Assembly: GCF_009914755.1 (NCBI RefSeq)
Contig: NC_060934.1
DNA length: 64,000 bases
Direction: 5' to 3' (one strand)
From: the human T2T-CHM13v2.0 reference genome, Homo sapiens
Shown here: positions 1 to 13,298 of the stretch, one piece after another
Layout of the letters: each line of letters begins with the position of its first letter
How positions within the stretch are numbered: position 1 is the first letter of the stretch
The notes under the pieces: model-generated
What the model saw: only the letters and a program-made list of their open reading frames with translations
What the model was told of the DNA's origin: nothing
Databases searched by the model: none
Position numbers and translations under genes: made by a program

Positions 1-859
1 CGGCTTGGAAAATAAACTATAGAGGACCAGACTAGAACCAAGCCAGATTCATTCTGTGGTTCTTGAAATAGGCTAGGGACAGAGTTATAGGATCCTGGGT
101 TTGGGCAGCAGCAGTGAGGTCGAGAAGAGGATGGGTAGCAGATACATTTTAGAAGATGGACAGAACTTCCTGAGTCGATGTAGGCAGTGAAGGCAAATGA
201 ACAGTAAAATGTGAACCCCTGTCCCCCACTGTCCCCCCTCCCTGCCCCCCCATCTACTGAGCCATGGAACTCCAGCAGAGAAATCGACTTTAGTTTTGGA
301 TGTGGTACAACCAAGACACCTACAAAACCCCCAAGTGGAAACTTTGGGTCAGAACAGCAATAGGAACTTGGAAGTCAATAACAAAGTGGTGGGAGAAGTG
401 CTGGAAGTCACCCAGGAAGGGAGTGTGGGTTGAGGGAAGCCACCGATGTGGCAGAAAAGGAAGGGAAAGCAAAAGGAGGTAAAGAATAGACAGCAGATGA
501 GGGGCCTCAGAGGTGCCAGCTGACTTTCCAGGCCTGGGGTGAGGAATGGGGCAAGGGAGCAGGCTGCACGAGGAGCCACAGAGAAAAGGACATCTTCTTT
601 TATTTGCGCTAGTATGACATGTGGGCTGTGTTACGAGCTTTGCTTCTTTAGTCTGCACCGGATAGCAGAGGAGTCTGGTGGCACTTGGGAAATGTTATAA
701 TCTGCATGACTGCAAATGACTCAAAGCTTTGCTCAACTTTTTGAAGGGCTAGGGGGCCTTGGCAGCTTTCCATTTAGATGTTTTCTGGAGACTGACTGTT
801 GGCAGCTGAAGGAGCCCCAGGGTTTCTGGGTGGCCTGGTCCTGCCTATGGAGTGACTGA

Positions 860-980
860 GCCTAGGGACCTAGTCCCGCCTCCAGCCCTCCCCTTGCCGC
901 CTGCCCAGGCCCGTCTGCTCACCCCTGGATATACTTCTTTGTCAAGAGAAGCAGAGGTGTGGACGCTGTGTATGGTGAGT
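860..980 (+). promoter_or_regulatory. candidate alternative PRXL2A 5' exon/promoter ending ATG|gtgagt
   Basis: Strong donor GTGAGT at 975-980, GC-box-like cccgcctcc near 875. 5' boundary unknown. Confidence 0.5.
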
Positions 981-3900
981 GCCTTGTTCCCAAGTTTGAA
1001 GCGTCTGAGGTTGGGGGTAAGAGACCGTTTGAGGAAGGGAGTTGCCTTGTATAGGAAAGAGACAGGGTCTCGAAGCTGGAAACTGAATTTGGGGCGGTGG
1101 GGGCAGTGTTGAGGAGCCTAGAATGTTCTGACTCCAAAGTGACCTGTTTTTGTTAGACTCATAGGATGTCACTGGGGATCATTAGGAACTTCCTCATGGA
1201 GTTGAGAAAAATGGGGCCTGGGGAGGAATTGATTCAGCTTAGCCTAGGGAGCCCGACTGGGTCTCGTCCTCTTGCACCCATGTTCAGACCAGAGCTGCCA
1301 CTCTGAGCTGCCACAGCTGTTGTTTGTTTGTGGCTTTATCCTACTTCACCTTCTGTGGGAGAGGGTGGATCAGATAAGCCCAGCAGTGGGGAACTGAATG
1401 CTATAGCTGTGTCAGGTGGGGGCTGGCTCTTCTGTAAACAACCCTACTATTCTGTTTCAGAGAAACTGACCCTTTCCTTAATGGAAGGGGGGATAGAAAG
1501 GGGGAGGAAAGAGAAGGAACATCTGGTGTATGGTAAATTTCCTTTAGAGTAAACATGGTTTGACTGTACACGATGACTGAAAAAACAAGGTGATTAAAAA
1601 CACATTCTCTTTAAGACAGAGGGAATCATACTCCTGGATCTCCAGGACCGACTTCTTTCTTCTTTTCTTTGTTAATCAACAATTACAGCAGATGTAAACC
1701 CACTTCTGAATGTGTGGCGAGGAAAGGTAGTCTTTCAGGCTTTGGAGTCCTATTCCTGTTGACTTGGGTCCAGGTTGTAGTACTGCTGCCTGCTGGCTCT
1801 GTGACACAGGGAAGTTACTGAACTCTGAACCTCAGTGTTAGCTGCTAAACAGGATAATCTTTGCATCACAAGACTGTTGAGTGAATGAAATTAGGCCATT
1901 ACTGACAGCTTCTAAGACGACTGGCTGCAGAGGTACGAAGGATTGCTGGCCTCCATACCTCTGCAATCTTAGAGACCCATGTGAAAATGCATCATTTCTG
2001 TTTAGAAATTAAAATTCCTTTGATTGTCCTTTTTTGTGTGTAGGAAAAATTGTGATTTCAGAATTCAGGGTCTGCTCACTGTGCAGCAAGTCACAGTAGT
2101 ACGTGCTTCAAGACATGCCAGGATGGGAGTTGCTTTGTAGCCCAGGGGACTTGGATAAGAGGCTAGGCCTGTGTGCTCTCCAGGTATTCCTGGAAGTGAA
2201 TTTTCTGTGCTTCTCTCTGGCACAAGAGTGGGCTGCTAGAGGCCCACTGGGTGCGGTCTGTCCATGGAGAGGCCTGATGCTCACCACTGGTCCTGATAAC
2301 ACTCTCAGCATGGTGCTGCAGTGCCTGAGGATGGGGTCCACTGCCCCAGAGGGCTGAATCTCTGCTCACACTTTCAGGATCACAGTGGGAGGTCAGAAGA
2401 CAGCACTTATGGGGGTTTTGAGGTCTGGATCTTGTACCCAGCCCTTGAACTTGAGGTATGGAGATGGGGGTCTTTGGAACATAGAGGTTTGAGTTCTCAG
2501 GGTTCCTTCAGCACTGACACCTGCCCCAGTCAGCCTGCTGTCTCCCAGCTTAGCTGGCCCCATCCCAGCCTAGCCTGTCCATGCTGCCTCCTGTGTCCTA
2601 CACCGGCTCCAAAGCCACTTCCTTCTGGGTGCTTCTGTGGCTACCCAGACTGGCTGTTATTCCTGCACCACCATAGCCTCATGCCCATACATTGCCCAAG
2701 CTGCCTCACCTTCCCACTTGATATTTTTTTGTTATTTGTGTACCAGGTCCATATTTTCTTGAGGATTGTGTATCATTTTATGTCCTCCCAAATCGCCATT
2801 TATTGAACAGGTCAGTACTGAATAAATGTTTGGAAATAAATGTTGAGTCTAGTTGAGTTGAATTCTCTTGTGCCTAGGAGCAAACATGCCAAACGCCCAT
2901 CACTGGACAGTGGGAAGGTGGAGGCTGTTTGAGTGTGGCAGGGGTGTGTTGGAAGAATGTGGAGCTGACTGTGAGGGGCCCTGGACTTTGTGAATGCACT
3001 GATGTGTCCTAGGAGTCAGAGTCCATTTGTGGGATAGATGTAAACTGGTCTTTGTATACTGACGCAGAAATGCCCATCAAATCTGTGATCAGAGACCATT
3101 CTATGTGCTCCTGAGTCATAACACAAGTCAGAAATCCAGGAACATTTTGGAAGTGCATAAAGGTACAGAAGTTGTTCCAGGCTCTGGGAAATCTCTTGTT
3201 TACAGCAAGCAGATAAGAGCTGTGGTTTTCCTCCTAATTGTTCTGTGAACTGTCATCCAGTAATGTGTAACTTTGTCAAATTAAAGAATTGGAAGCAGGC
3301 CTGTGGCAGGTTCTTTCCTGTTTGTCCCAAGAACTTTAGTTGTCCATAAGCCATTGTCTCTGTAATTCAATTCTGTTGAATTCATTTCAGCATGCACTTG
3401 TGGTGAGCCTGCTTTGTACCAGAGGTGCGCTGTGCTAGGTATGAGAGATTCAGAGATAAACTGCAGAATGTCACCAAAGGAGAGAAATCTGACAGGTCCA
3501 AACCAGTGTGTCAAGCACATCAGAAGAAATGTGGGTGATGTTTGGGCACAGAACTGAGGAGGGGGTGAATCAACACCTCTTGGGGGTAGAAGTGGGAGGC
3601 TGGAAGTAGGGGGCTGGCAGAACATCAGGGAAGCCTTCTTAAAGAGGCCTCTGAGTTGTGAAGCACAGAATGAAATAGGATATTCCAGGCAGAGGGGTAG
3701 AGATGTGTGCACGTCTGTAATGTTCTGTTCTCAGGGTCTTGGCGGGGGGCCCAGCTCTCCAAGCCCAGACCGCCCTCGTGACTTTACTTTATTCTGGTGG
3801 CTGATGGCCAACCAAGCACGAAGTCCTGAATTCTTTGCTCTAACACAATGCTTCTCAAACTTTAACGTGCTTATGAATTGCCTGCCAGTCTGACTAAAAG

Positions 3901-4034
3901 GCAGTATAAGATTCCTTAGTTCTAAGGTGGGGGTTGAGATTCTTCGTTTCTAGATGGTGCCATTTATTGGTTACATTTTGAATAGTGGGTAGTAAGAAAC
4001 TCTTCTTTCTCAGCACAGGTCCCTCATGTCAGAC

Positions 4035-4683
4035 TGTTGTACCCAAGCGAGTTAGTGAGAACGCCACACTTTGAGACGAATTAAGAGTCCTTTATTAAGC
4101 GGGTGGCCAAAGAGACGGCTAACGCTCAAAATTCTCTCGGCCCCGAGGAAAGGGCTTGATTAACTTTTATACCTGGTTTAGGAAGGGGAGGGGGACTCAG
4201 ATGCAATAATTCTACAGAAGTAAAAACATGCAAGAATCAAAAGAAGCAAAATGGTTACAGAGAGATAAACAATTTAAAAGACAAATGGTTACAAAAAGAG
4301 CAACGGTACCAGGTGCAAGGCTCTAAATCTTTCATTATAATTAGATATAGGGAGTATGTCGGACCCGAACTCAAGGCTTTATGTTGTTATCTCTTTAAGA
4401 AAAATCCTGGGAACTTCATACATTGTTGGTGCTAGTACCTTATCAGTTAATTGGGCTCCTTTGAAACGCTGAGGATCTGCTTACACAGGTCAACTCCTTG
4501 CGGAAGGGGGTTGGGTAAGGAGCCCTTAGTGTCTTGTAAATTAAGGGGTCAATTGGAGTTTGTCTGGCTTTCCCAGCTAGAAAGAGTCTTATTTACAGGA
4601 GAAGCAAGGCTAGGTGATTAAAGAGACAAGCAGGATAAAATTCAAAGTAGCGAGTTAGAGTAAAAACAAGGTTAGGCATTTCA
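4035..4683 (-). mobile_element. solo ERV1 LTR (LTR6-like), antisense in PRXL2A 5' intron
   Basis: TG...CA termini, 4-bp TSD AGAC (4031-4034/4684-4687), minus-strand AATAAA (tttatt 4091-4096), CpGs retained. Confidence 0.8.
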
Positions 4684-5129
4684 AGACAACCATAGCAGCA
4701 CCCCCTTCCCCAACACACACAGGCACTGATTTTCCCCTTCTTTTTCCGCTTCCCAAGTATATAGATGCCAAATTCCTCTTTCTTAGATGTTGTTTTTTGT
4801 TTGGTTACCCCCGTTACCTGGAACTTCTTTTCTTCTTCTTCATCTTTTTTTTTTTGTTTTTTTTTTTTTAAAGACAAGGTCTTGCTCTGTCACCTAGGCT
4901 GGAGTTCTGGGCTATAGTGATCCTACCACCTCAGCCTCCCAAATAGCTGAGACCACAGGCGTGTGCCACCATGCCCAGCTAATTTTTTATAGACAGGGTC
5001 CTCCCATGTTGTCCAGGCTTGTTTCAAACTCCTGGGCTCAAGCAACCCTCTTGCCTCAGCCTCCCAAAATGCTAGGATTACAGGCAGGAGCCACCGCACT
5101 CAACCAAGGTTCTCTCTTATTCCTTTTTT

Positions 5130-5462
5130 TTTTTTTTAATTATTTTAGATTCATGGGGTACATATGCATATTTGTTACATGGGTATATTGTGTAGTGATG
5201 GAGACTGGGCTTTTAGTGTACCCGTTATCCAATAGTGACCCTTATACCTGATAGGTAATTTTCACCCCACCCTCCCCTCTTCAGCTGTCCCCAGTGTCTG
5301 TTATTTCTGTCTTCATGTCCATGTATACTATTGATTAGCTCCCACTTGCAAATGAGAACACGTGGTATTTGATTTTCTGTTTCTGGGTTAGTTCACTTAG
5401 GATGATGGTCTCCAGCTCCATGTTGCTGCAAAGGACATGATTTCGTTCTTTTTTTATGGCTG
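5130..5462 (-). mobile_element. L1 3' end fragment (preceded by antisense AluJ 4845-5108)
   Basis: Typical L1 3'UTR antisense motifs (tttgttacatgggtata, gctcccactt...gagaaca, gttgctgcaaaggacatga). Confidence 0.85.
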
Positions 5463-6066
5463 CCTCTTTTGTTTCTTAAATCTGAATTTCCATGTGGCTT
5501 CAATGCTAGTCTGGCCTACCCTTTCCTTCCCAAAGTCACCACCAACTCACTCCCACCCCCACCTCATGCAGTGCACCCCTCACAGCCCCCACCCTTGGCA
5601 GTGACATTTGGATTTCCAGGGCCTTTCCTGATCCTTTAGAGACATCCTCTCCCGGCCAAGTCCTGCAAGGGAGACTTGAGTCAGAGGTTCGATGGGCTGG
5701 GGTGAGGTGGGCCACACAATTACCACACCCACTCCCAGGCCTATTCCCGGTGATCTAAGCACACAGAAGCAGGCTGGTACTTAGGGAAGAAGGCACCAGT
5801 GTATGCCAGAGCTTAGGATGGCGTGAGGACCAAATGGAAAGATAGATATTGTAAGTGGTTGTTGGGAGAAGGAAGGCTGGAGGTGGGGGTACTTTGTGGG
5901 CTGCTTCCAGGAGCTCCCACCCACAGGCACAAGTCTTCCTAGCTGGCAGAAGAAGCCAGGAACAAGGCTGAATTCTGACAGAACCCGCCTGGAGCTCCAT
6001 TTCAGTTGCAGAGACCTTTATCTTATGCAGCTGTCTTTTGCCCAGCCTCCTCTGCAGATGCCATAG

Positions 6067-6757
<691 letters not shown>

Positions 6758-7565
6758 TAGTTCTGTTCACAGGAGAAAAAAGTCAGATTACTAAACACCA
6801 GTGTTTAACAGTGGCCATCAGTAGGTGGTAGCTTCAGAGAGTATTTGCTTTCTTATCGACTATGGTTTCATGTATTCTCTGTTTTGTTTTTTACTATAAG
6901 CATATTTTGTTTTTATATAAGGGAGAAATAAAGCTCTTCTCAATTGGGAGAAATTACTGCCTGCCTATAATGAATGAGGCCCTGCTGGGCACTGGCTGGG
7001 GGCTTGATGAGTAGGATATGGTCCCTGTTTTTGGAGGGTCGTCAAACTAAAGAGGAAAGAAGATAGGGGAACAAAACAGTGCGGTTGGTGTTCTAAGTAT
7101 CCTCTGATCACAGAAGAGAAAGCTGCCCCTACCCAGGGACATGATCCTGAGCCACCTGGATTGTGAGGGAGAATCAGGCATTGATGAGGAGGGGAATGAG
7201 GAAGTAGTCTGCCTACAGGGGACATAGCTCGGCACAGCTCCACAGAGCTAGGGGCTGCAACTTGGGGCATGAGAAGAGAGAGCAGCAAGAGAACCATTTG
7301 AGAAGGCTGTCCTTTCTCTGTCATCACTCCTGATGCCCTGGTGAGCTCCACGGTGCAGGAACCTCCATGTGTGTGCTGCATCCCCAAGTTCTGGTGGCAG
7401 CAGGTGCTTAGCAGCCCTTGTCCAGTCTCGCCTGTGACACTGCTGCTCCCTTCCCCTGTCCTGACCTCCTGGTTGGCTGTCCTGCCAGAGCCTTGCCTGG
7501 AAGATGAAATTCCAGCTACCCTGTGGGAGCAGTAACGCCTTCTTCCTTCTTCTCAATCTCCAGAA

Positions 7566-7743
7566 ATGTCTTTCCTCCAGGACCCAAGTTTCTTCACCAT
7601 GGGGATGTGGTCCATTGGTGCAGGAGCCCTGGGGGCTGCTGCCTTGGCATTGCTGCTTGCCAACACAGACGTGTTTCTGTCCAAGCCCCAGAAAGCGGCC
7701 CTGGAGTACCTGGAGGATATAGACCTGAAAACACTGGAGAAGG
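7566..7743 (+). CDS. PRXL2A: PRXL2A coding exon 1 (MSFLQDPSFF...DLKTLEK, with N-terminal hydrophobic segment)
   Basis: Acceptor ctccag|AA ATG (exon starts 7564), donor AGG|gtaagt after 7743. 178 coding nt. Sequence recognised as FAM213A/PRXL2A. Confidence 0.96.
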
Positions 7744-8098
7744 GTAAGTGGTGACCCTTCAGGTCTCAGTACTTTTCCAAGGAGCTGGGATACAGGCTTA
7801 CTGCTTTCTTTCTAAACTCTCTCCTTTTTTTAATTGAAAAGATAATATAACAACATTAGGAAAAATTTAATAACAATTTTTAAACTAGGAATAATTCTGT
7901 TACCCTAACACAGTAATTTTGATTTTGGCATATTCCTTTCCATGTGTACATATTACGTAGTTGTGCTTGGCTTAGGTGCTGTTTTACATTTTAGCTTTTC
8001 TTATCAAAAGCATTTCTCATTCTCTGTTGTTGTCTCTGTAATTATAATGATAAATTGCTCCATAATATTTAGTAATAATTACAATCTTTTACTAAACC

Positions 8099-8803
8099 AG
8101 TGCTTCCAGAGTGTATTCTGAGGAATTCCAGGCTTGTGGGATCGTCAAACTAAAAGGAGTTCCTGAGTGAACAAGTATGGGAGACACCTTTTATCCAATT
8201 CCATGCTCCTGATGCTCAGCACAGACATATGCTTATTAGAATGAGGTGTCTGGATTGCTGCTGATTCAGGCATGGCCAGCCCCTCCCTGTGAAGAAGCTG
8301 TGGTGTCTGAGGAATCACTTCAAGGTCACCCGTTAGAGCAGACCTGCCTATCTCCCTCTTCTGGGGGACTGCTAGAATCCATTGTGGACAGCTTAGAGCC
8401 ACACACCCAAATGTGTTAGCTCTGCCTCCTTGCTGTGTGCTCTCAGTGTTAGAGCTGTAGCTTGGTGGGATTTCAGTCATGCCAGTGGTGTGGCAAGAGA
8501 GTTGGAGTGGTGAAGGTCTCATTGATGGCGTGGTCACCATGTTAGCCCCCCAGGTGGAAGTCATCGTCATCTGTTTAGTAAGTAAGGAAGCTTGCGAAAG
8601 GAAGGCAGGAGATTGTGCAGGTTTATAGTAGGTCACCTTAGTAAGATACTAGGAGAGAGAGAGACCTGTTAAGCTTTGTTCAACCCAGGGTTTCCCAATC
8701 TTATTTGATTACAGACTCTTCTCCCCACCCTCTCACCCACCTGACCCCATTTTTTTTTTTTCCACATAACATCTACGGGAACATGGATCCCTCTGGGAAA
8801 TAC
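8099..8803. mobile_element. hAT/Charlie-type MITE arms (about 8099-8190 and 8670-8803) flanking a duplicated host segment
   Basis: Outer agtgcttccagag / ctctgggaaatact and inner aagtatgggagacacc / gggtttcccaatctt are imperfect inverted pairs. Confidence 0.5.
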
Positions 8804-10320
8804 TAAAATAATTAAGGGCTCATATTTATTGAGCCCTCACCAACTCTATATTACCAGACATTGTGGTGAGCACTTTTATATTCATCTTTCAATATGCCCT
8901 GTGGCCCAAAGTGGAGCTACTAGATATTTGCATTTTACAAATGAGGAAGCTGAGGTTCAAAGAGCAAAAATAACTTGCCCAGAGTTACACAGCTAGATTC
9001 AGATTCAGTTGGACCTTAGAGCTGGGCTTGTTGAACTACAGTACTGTACTACCCCAAAGCATTTTATTCCTAGGCATCTTCTATCCTCTCCTTCGTTAAT
9101 AATATTGCAGGTAACATATTTAGGTTAAAAATTTGAGACTTTTTCAGTTTGGGCCATGTTTCTGTTCTGAAGGATTATTATACAATATCTGATGACATCA
9201 GCAATAGACAAAATGGCCATTTTTCCAGAAATGTCCCACTTCTGAATGTTCAGGTTAGAAAAAAGATTTTCATGGTGGGAGGGACCTACCGGGTATATAA
9301 CAGGATTCTTAAGCTTGGTTAACTTTCTTCAGGAAGGTGTGTATTCTGTCTGTCTGTGTTTCCTGTGTGTCTTTTCCCACGTGTGAAATGCCTGTCCAGG
9401 TCCTCTACTAGGCCGGGTCTCTGACCTTGGCTGGACTTAGTGTGGTTCATGAGCTGCTTAGTGATTGGGGCTGGGCTGGGAGGAGATATCGAATTTCTTT
9501 TTTTCCTCTCTTAGAACCAAGGACTTTCAAAGCAAAGGAGCTATGGGAAAAAAATGGAGCTGTGATTATGGCCGTGCGGAGGCCAGGCTGTTTCCTCTGT
9601 CGAGAGGTGAGTGCAGATGAGGATCTATTCAGAGAAAGGGATCCTGGCAAGTAGGGGCCATTGTTTTCCGGCCAGAACCAAGGGTCGGTAAGCCAGCTTT
9701 AGCCTTTTACCCACATGTTCTGTTCTGTTATTTGCTCTAGGTATTTCTTTGATTTGTGCTCTTTTTTTTTTTTTTTTAAACAACTCACCCTCTCCTACTG
9801 GGGTTAGCAACACATCTCAGTTTCCCTTAGTACTCCCAGGCCTTTCACCCTGTGCTGTACCTTCTGAGTCCTGGACCATATTCCAATTTAATCAGGGGCA
9901 GTGACCAGGTCCAATTCCATGCTTCTGATGCTCAGCACAGATATATGATGTGCCTGGATTGCTTCTGATTCGGGTGTGGTCAGTCCCTCCCTGTGATGAA
10001 GCTGCAGTGTCGGAGGAAACACTTCAAGGTTACCTATTAGAGCAGACCTGCCTGTCTCTCTTTCCTTGGGGAGCTCTTAGAGTCCATCGTGGACAGCTGA
10101 GAGCCACATTCTCACATGTTAGCTCTGCCTCCTTGCTGTGTGCTCTCAGCATTGAATCTGTAGCTCAGTGGGATTTCAGTCATGCCAGTAGTGCATTTGG
10201 CATGAGAGTTTGTTGAAAGTTGGAGCTCACTGACTGGGTGGTCTCCAGGTTGGCCCCTCGAAGGGAAGACATCATCTATTTGTAGGTGATGGAGCTTATC
10301 AGTGGAAGGAAGGAACTGTG
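8194..10320 (+). repeat. dispersed direct duplication about 420 bp (8194-8617 and 9910-10320)
   Basis: Collinear alignment by eye from tccaattccatgct.ctgatgctcagcacaga to ggaagg.agga..tgtg. Confidence 0.9.
9515..9606 (+). CDS. PRXL2A: PRXL2A coding exon 2 (EPRTFKAKELWEKNGAVIMAVRRPGCFLCRE), redox CxxC motif
   Basis: Polypyrimidine tract + ttag| acceptor, GAG|gtgagt donor. 92 nt restores phase (178+92=270). CFLC codons at 9589-9600. Confidence 0.96.
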
Positions 10321-11384
10321 ATTGTTGAAACACAAAATGCTAGTGTGAGAAGGAACATTGCCACTACTTGGATCTAGCCTTGTCCCTTTATAGGTAGGCA
10401 AACTGAGGACCAGAGTGGTTAGTGGTCTGTTTGTGGTCACACAGCCAGTCAGTGGCAGAAGACCCAGATTCTGAAATTACTGCCCTGCCTGGGAGAAAAC
10501 TGGGAATGACAGTATTCCTGCTCTTGAGACAACTTTGCATCTCAAGCAGTGGCTGTGGCCCTGTCCAAATTGTCATCCTCATTCTCCTGGTTCCCCTCCC
10601 TGACCCTGAGACACCACCTTTCAGCCTTGCTGATCTCTCCATGCTTGTGTGGCTGGGCTGGTGAAGAATCCACTTGCACTGCTGGATGCATGTGATGCCT
10701 GCAGTACCCTACCCCCAGGGCACTGTGTGCCTGCTATCTCAGTGGGTCCTCACCATAGCCCTTGGAAATACAGCTTGTTTTACTCTCATTTTATTATTCT
10801 CATTACAGAGGAGGAAACAGTTACAGAGGTTGTAACAAAGCCACCCGGATCGGGGAGATGTATTAATTTTCTGTTGCTGTAACAAATTACCTCAAACTCA
10901 ATGGCTTTAACCAGCACAGATTTATCTTGTAGTTCTAGAGGTCAGAATTCCAAAGCGGAATCTGGTTGCATTCCTTCTGAAGACTATAGGGGAGAATCCA
11001 TTTCTTTTGCCTTTTCCAGCTGTTAGAGGCCACCTATGTATATTGGTTTATGGCCCCTTCCTCTATTTTTAGGTCAGCAATGGCTGGCAAGTCAGCAACA
11101 GCATGGAAGCCTGTTTTGACTTGATTTCTCGGGGCCATTAAAATCCAGAAGGTTCCAAGAGCAACAGCTCTCCCTAATTATAACCTGTTTCCCTCTGTAC
11201 TGGTCTGTGCCCACATAGAACATTTAGTGGAAACTTACGTTTCCAAAAAGATGGGTGGATGGCAATCTGAGTTATTTTGAGTGGCCCAACTAGGAGGTAT
11301 GTGACTCAGTTTCCACGTCATGGCTTTGTATAGTGCCACACCAGGAGTAAAGAGCCAGGAAAAGTGAGTAAGACCTTTCATCTC

Positions 11385-11502
11385 AGCCAGGTGCAGTGGC
11401 TCATGCCTATAATCCCAGCACTTTGGGAGGCTGAGGTGAGAAGATCACTTGAGCCCAGGAATTTGAGACCACCCTAGGCAACATAGCGAGACCCTGTCTC
11501 TA

Positions 11503-11535
<33 letters not shown>

Positions 11536-11982
11536 AGCCAGGCATGTTGGTGTGCACTTGTAGTCCCAGCTTTTCAGGAGGCCGAGGGAGGAAGATTGCT
11601 TGAGCCCAGGAGTTCAGGGCTACAATGAGCTATGATTGTGCCACTGTAGTTGGGCAACAGGGCAAGACTCAAAAAAAAAAAAGGCCAGGTGCAGTGGCTC
11701 ACACCTGTACTCCCAGCACTTTGGGAGGCCGAGGCAGGTGGATCACTTGAGGTCAGGAGTTCAAGACCAGCCTGGCCAACATGGCCCATCTCTGCTAAAA
11801 ATACAAAAAATTAGCCAGGTGTGGTGGTGCGCCCCTGTAATCCCAGTTACTTAGGAGGCTGAGGCGTGAGAATCACTTGAACCCAGGAGGTGTAGGTTGC
11901 ATTGAGCTGAGATTGTGCCACTACACTCCAGCATGGGCGAGTAGCGTGGGCGACAGAGCAAGACTCCATCTCAAAAATAAAA
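11385..11982 (+). mobile_element. AluJ followed by AluS inserted in its tail
   Basis: Alu consensus, outer TSD aagacctttcat. Confidence 0.92.
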
Positions 11983-12964
11983 GACCTTTCATATCACAAA
12001 AAGGTGGTTTTTGATTATATCAAACACTGTAGTCCTCTGCTCTAGGGCAAAATTTGCCAGTCAGTAAAACTCTTGATAAATGTATTGTAATCAATTCTGC
12101 CTCATTAGTTGTTTTTTTTCTTACTCTAGAAAATAAATGAAAAATTAAATGTAGTTGCAACCATACAACAGCATATTTGTATTGGAGATGAGTAGACTGC
12201 ATTTAAAAGGATTTTTGCTCATTCTTTAATTCTGACACCAAATGTGAAAAAAGGATTGAGTTCTTAATGTTGAAGCTTTACCATGACTCATGCAGTTTCC
12301 CTCATTCATCTAGCACACAGTTCCTGAGAGTCAAGGGTATCTGCATCTCAGCTCAGCTGCATTCTCCCCATTGTCCCCCTTCAAATCTTTCCACCTGGTA
12401 TTTAGCACCTGTTTTATACCCAGCCATGTTCTAGGCACTGAGGGTTCCAAGAAATGGAAGACATAGTTTCTAACTATTAGAAACATTTGGGAATGTAAGA
12501 GACAACACTCAACTTAGTGGTAACATGCAGACTCAGTACAGAAAATGTCACCAAACAGGGAAGATAGGATATGCACAGAGAAGCAGGGCTTTACTTCAGG
12601 GTGGACTAGCCAGGGAGATCTTTTTAGAACGGGGATACCTTTCCAGAGGGTAGGGTTGAGCTGAAGAGAGAAGGAAGGTTATGGCTAGAGGAGCGTGTGT
12701 CTGCTGGGCCCTTGTGTTAGTTTGGTCTAGTGCAGGGAAGGGGCTGGGAGATGATGTAGGAGAGAAGCATTGTGGGCAGGAGGAGAGGATGTGTTTGGGT
12801 ATGGCTGCTCCCAAGCTGTGGTTAGGACAGCCATAACAGGAGCCTTGCCTCTGCTTTCCACTGGAGAAGACAAGGAGCCTGGGCTGCAGAGGGAACCTGA
12901 CACCCTATGTGGAGGCCCACAGCCAGCTGGGACAGATGTCCCTGAACCCTTGTGTCTTCTACAG

Positions 12965-13105
12965 GAAGCTGCGGATCTGTCCTCCCTGAAAAGCATGTTG
13001 GACCAGCTGGGCGTCCCCCTCTATGCAGTGGTAAAGGAGCACATCAGGACTGAAGTGAAGGATTTCCAGCCTTATTTCAAAGGAGAAATCTTCCTGGATG
13101 AAAAG
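12965..13105 (+). CDS. PRXL2A: PRXL2A coding exon 3 (EAADLSSLK...IFLDEK)
   Basis: ctacag| acceptor, AAG|gtgtgt donor, 141 nt in frame. AhpC/TSA-like thioredoxin fold sequence. Confidence 0.95.
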
Positions 13106-13298
13106 GTGTGTGTGATGGGAGGCTTTTAGACACAGACTGCTGGGGATTGTGCTCAGCTGTGTGATAGTCAGGTGGCCCAGGTATGTCTGGCCTGGAGCTG
13201 GAGGCTGGCCTTCCCTTCAGCTGTCCTGAACTTGCAAGGCCTTTTTCAGCCCCCTGAGCAGAGCATGATCAGACATTTTAAAGCTGTCCTCTCAGTTA

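Noticed and set aside
8145-10333. Paralogous minus-strand ORFs (TTGMTEIP...ESTQQGGRAN)
   Set aside because: The similarity merely reflects the 420-bp DNA duplication. Indels break frame between the copies.
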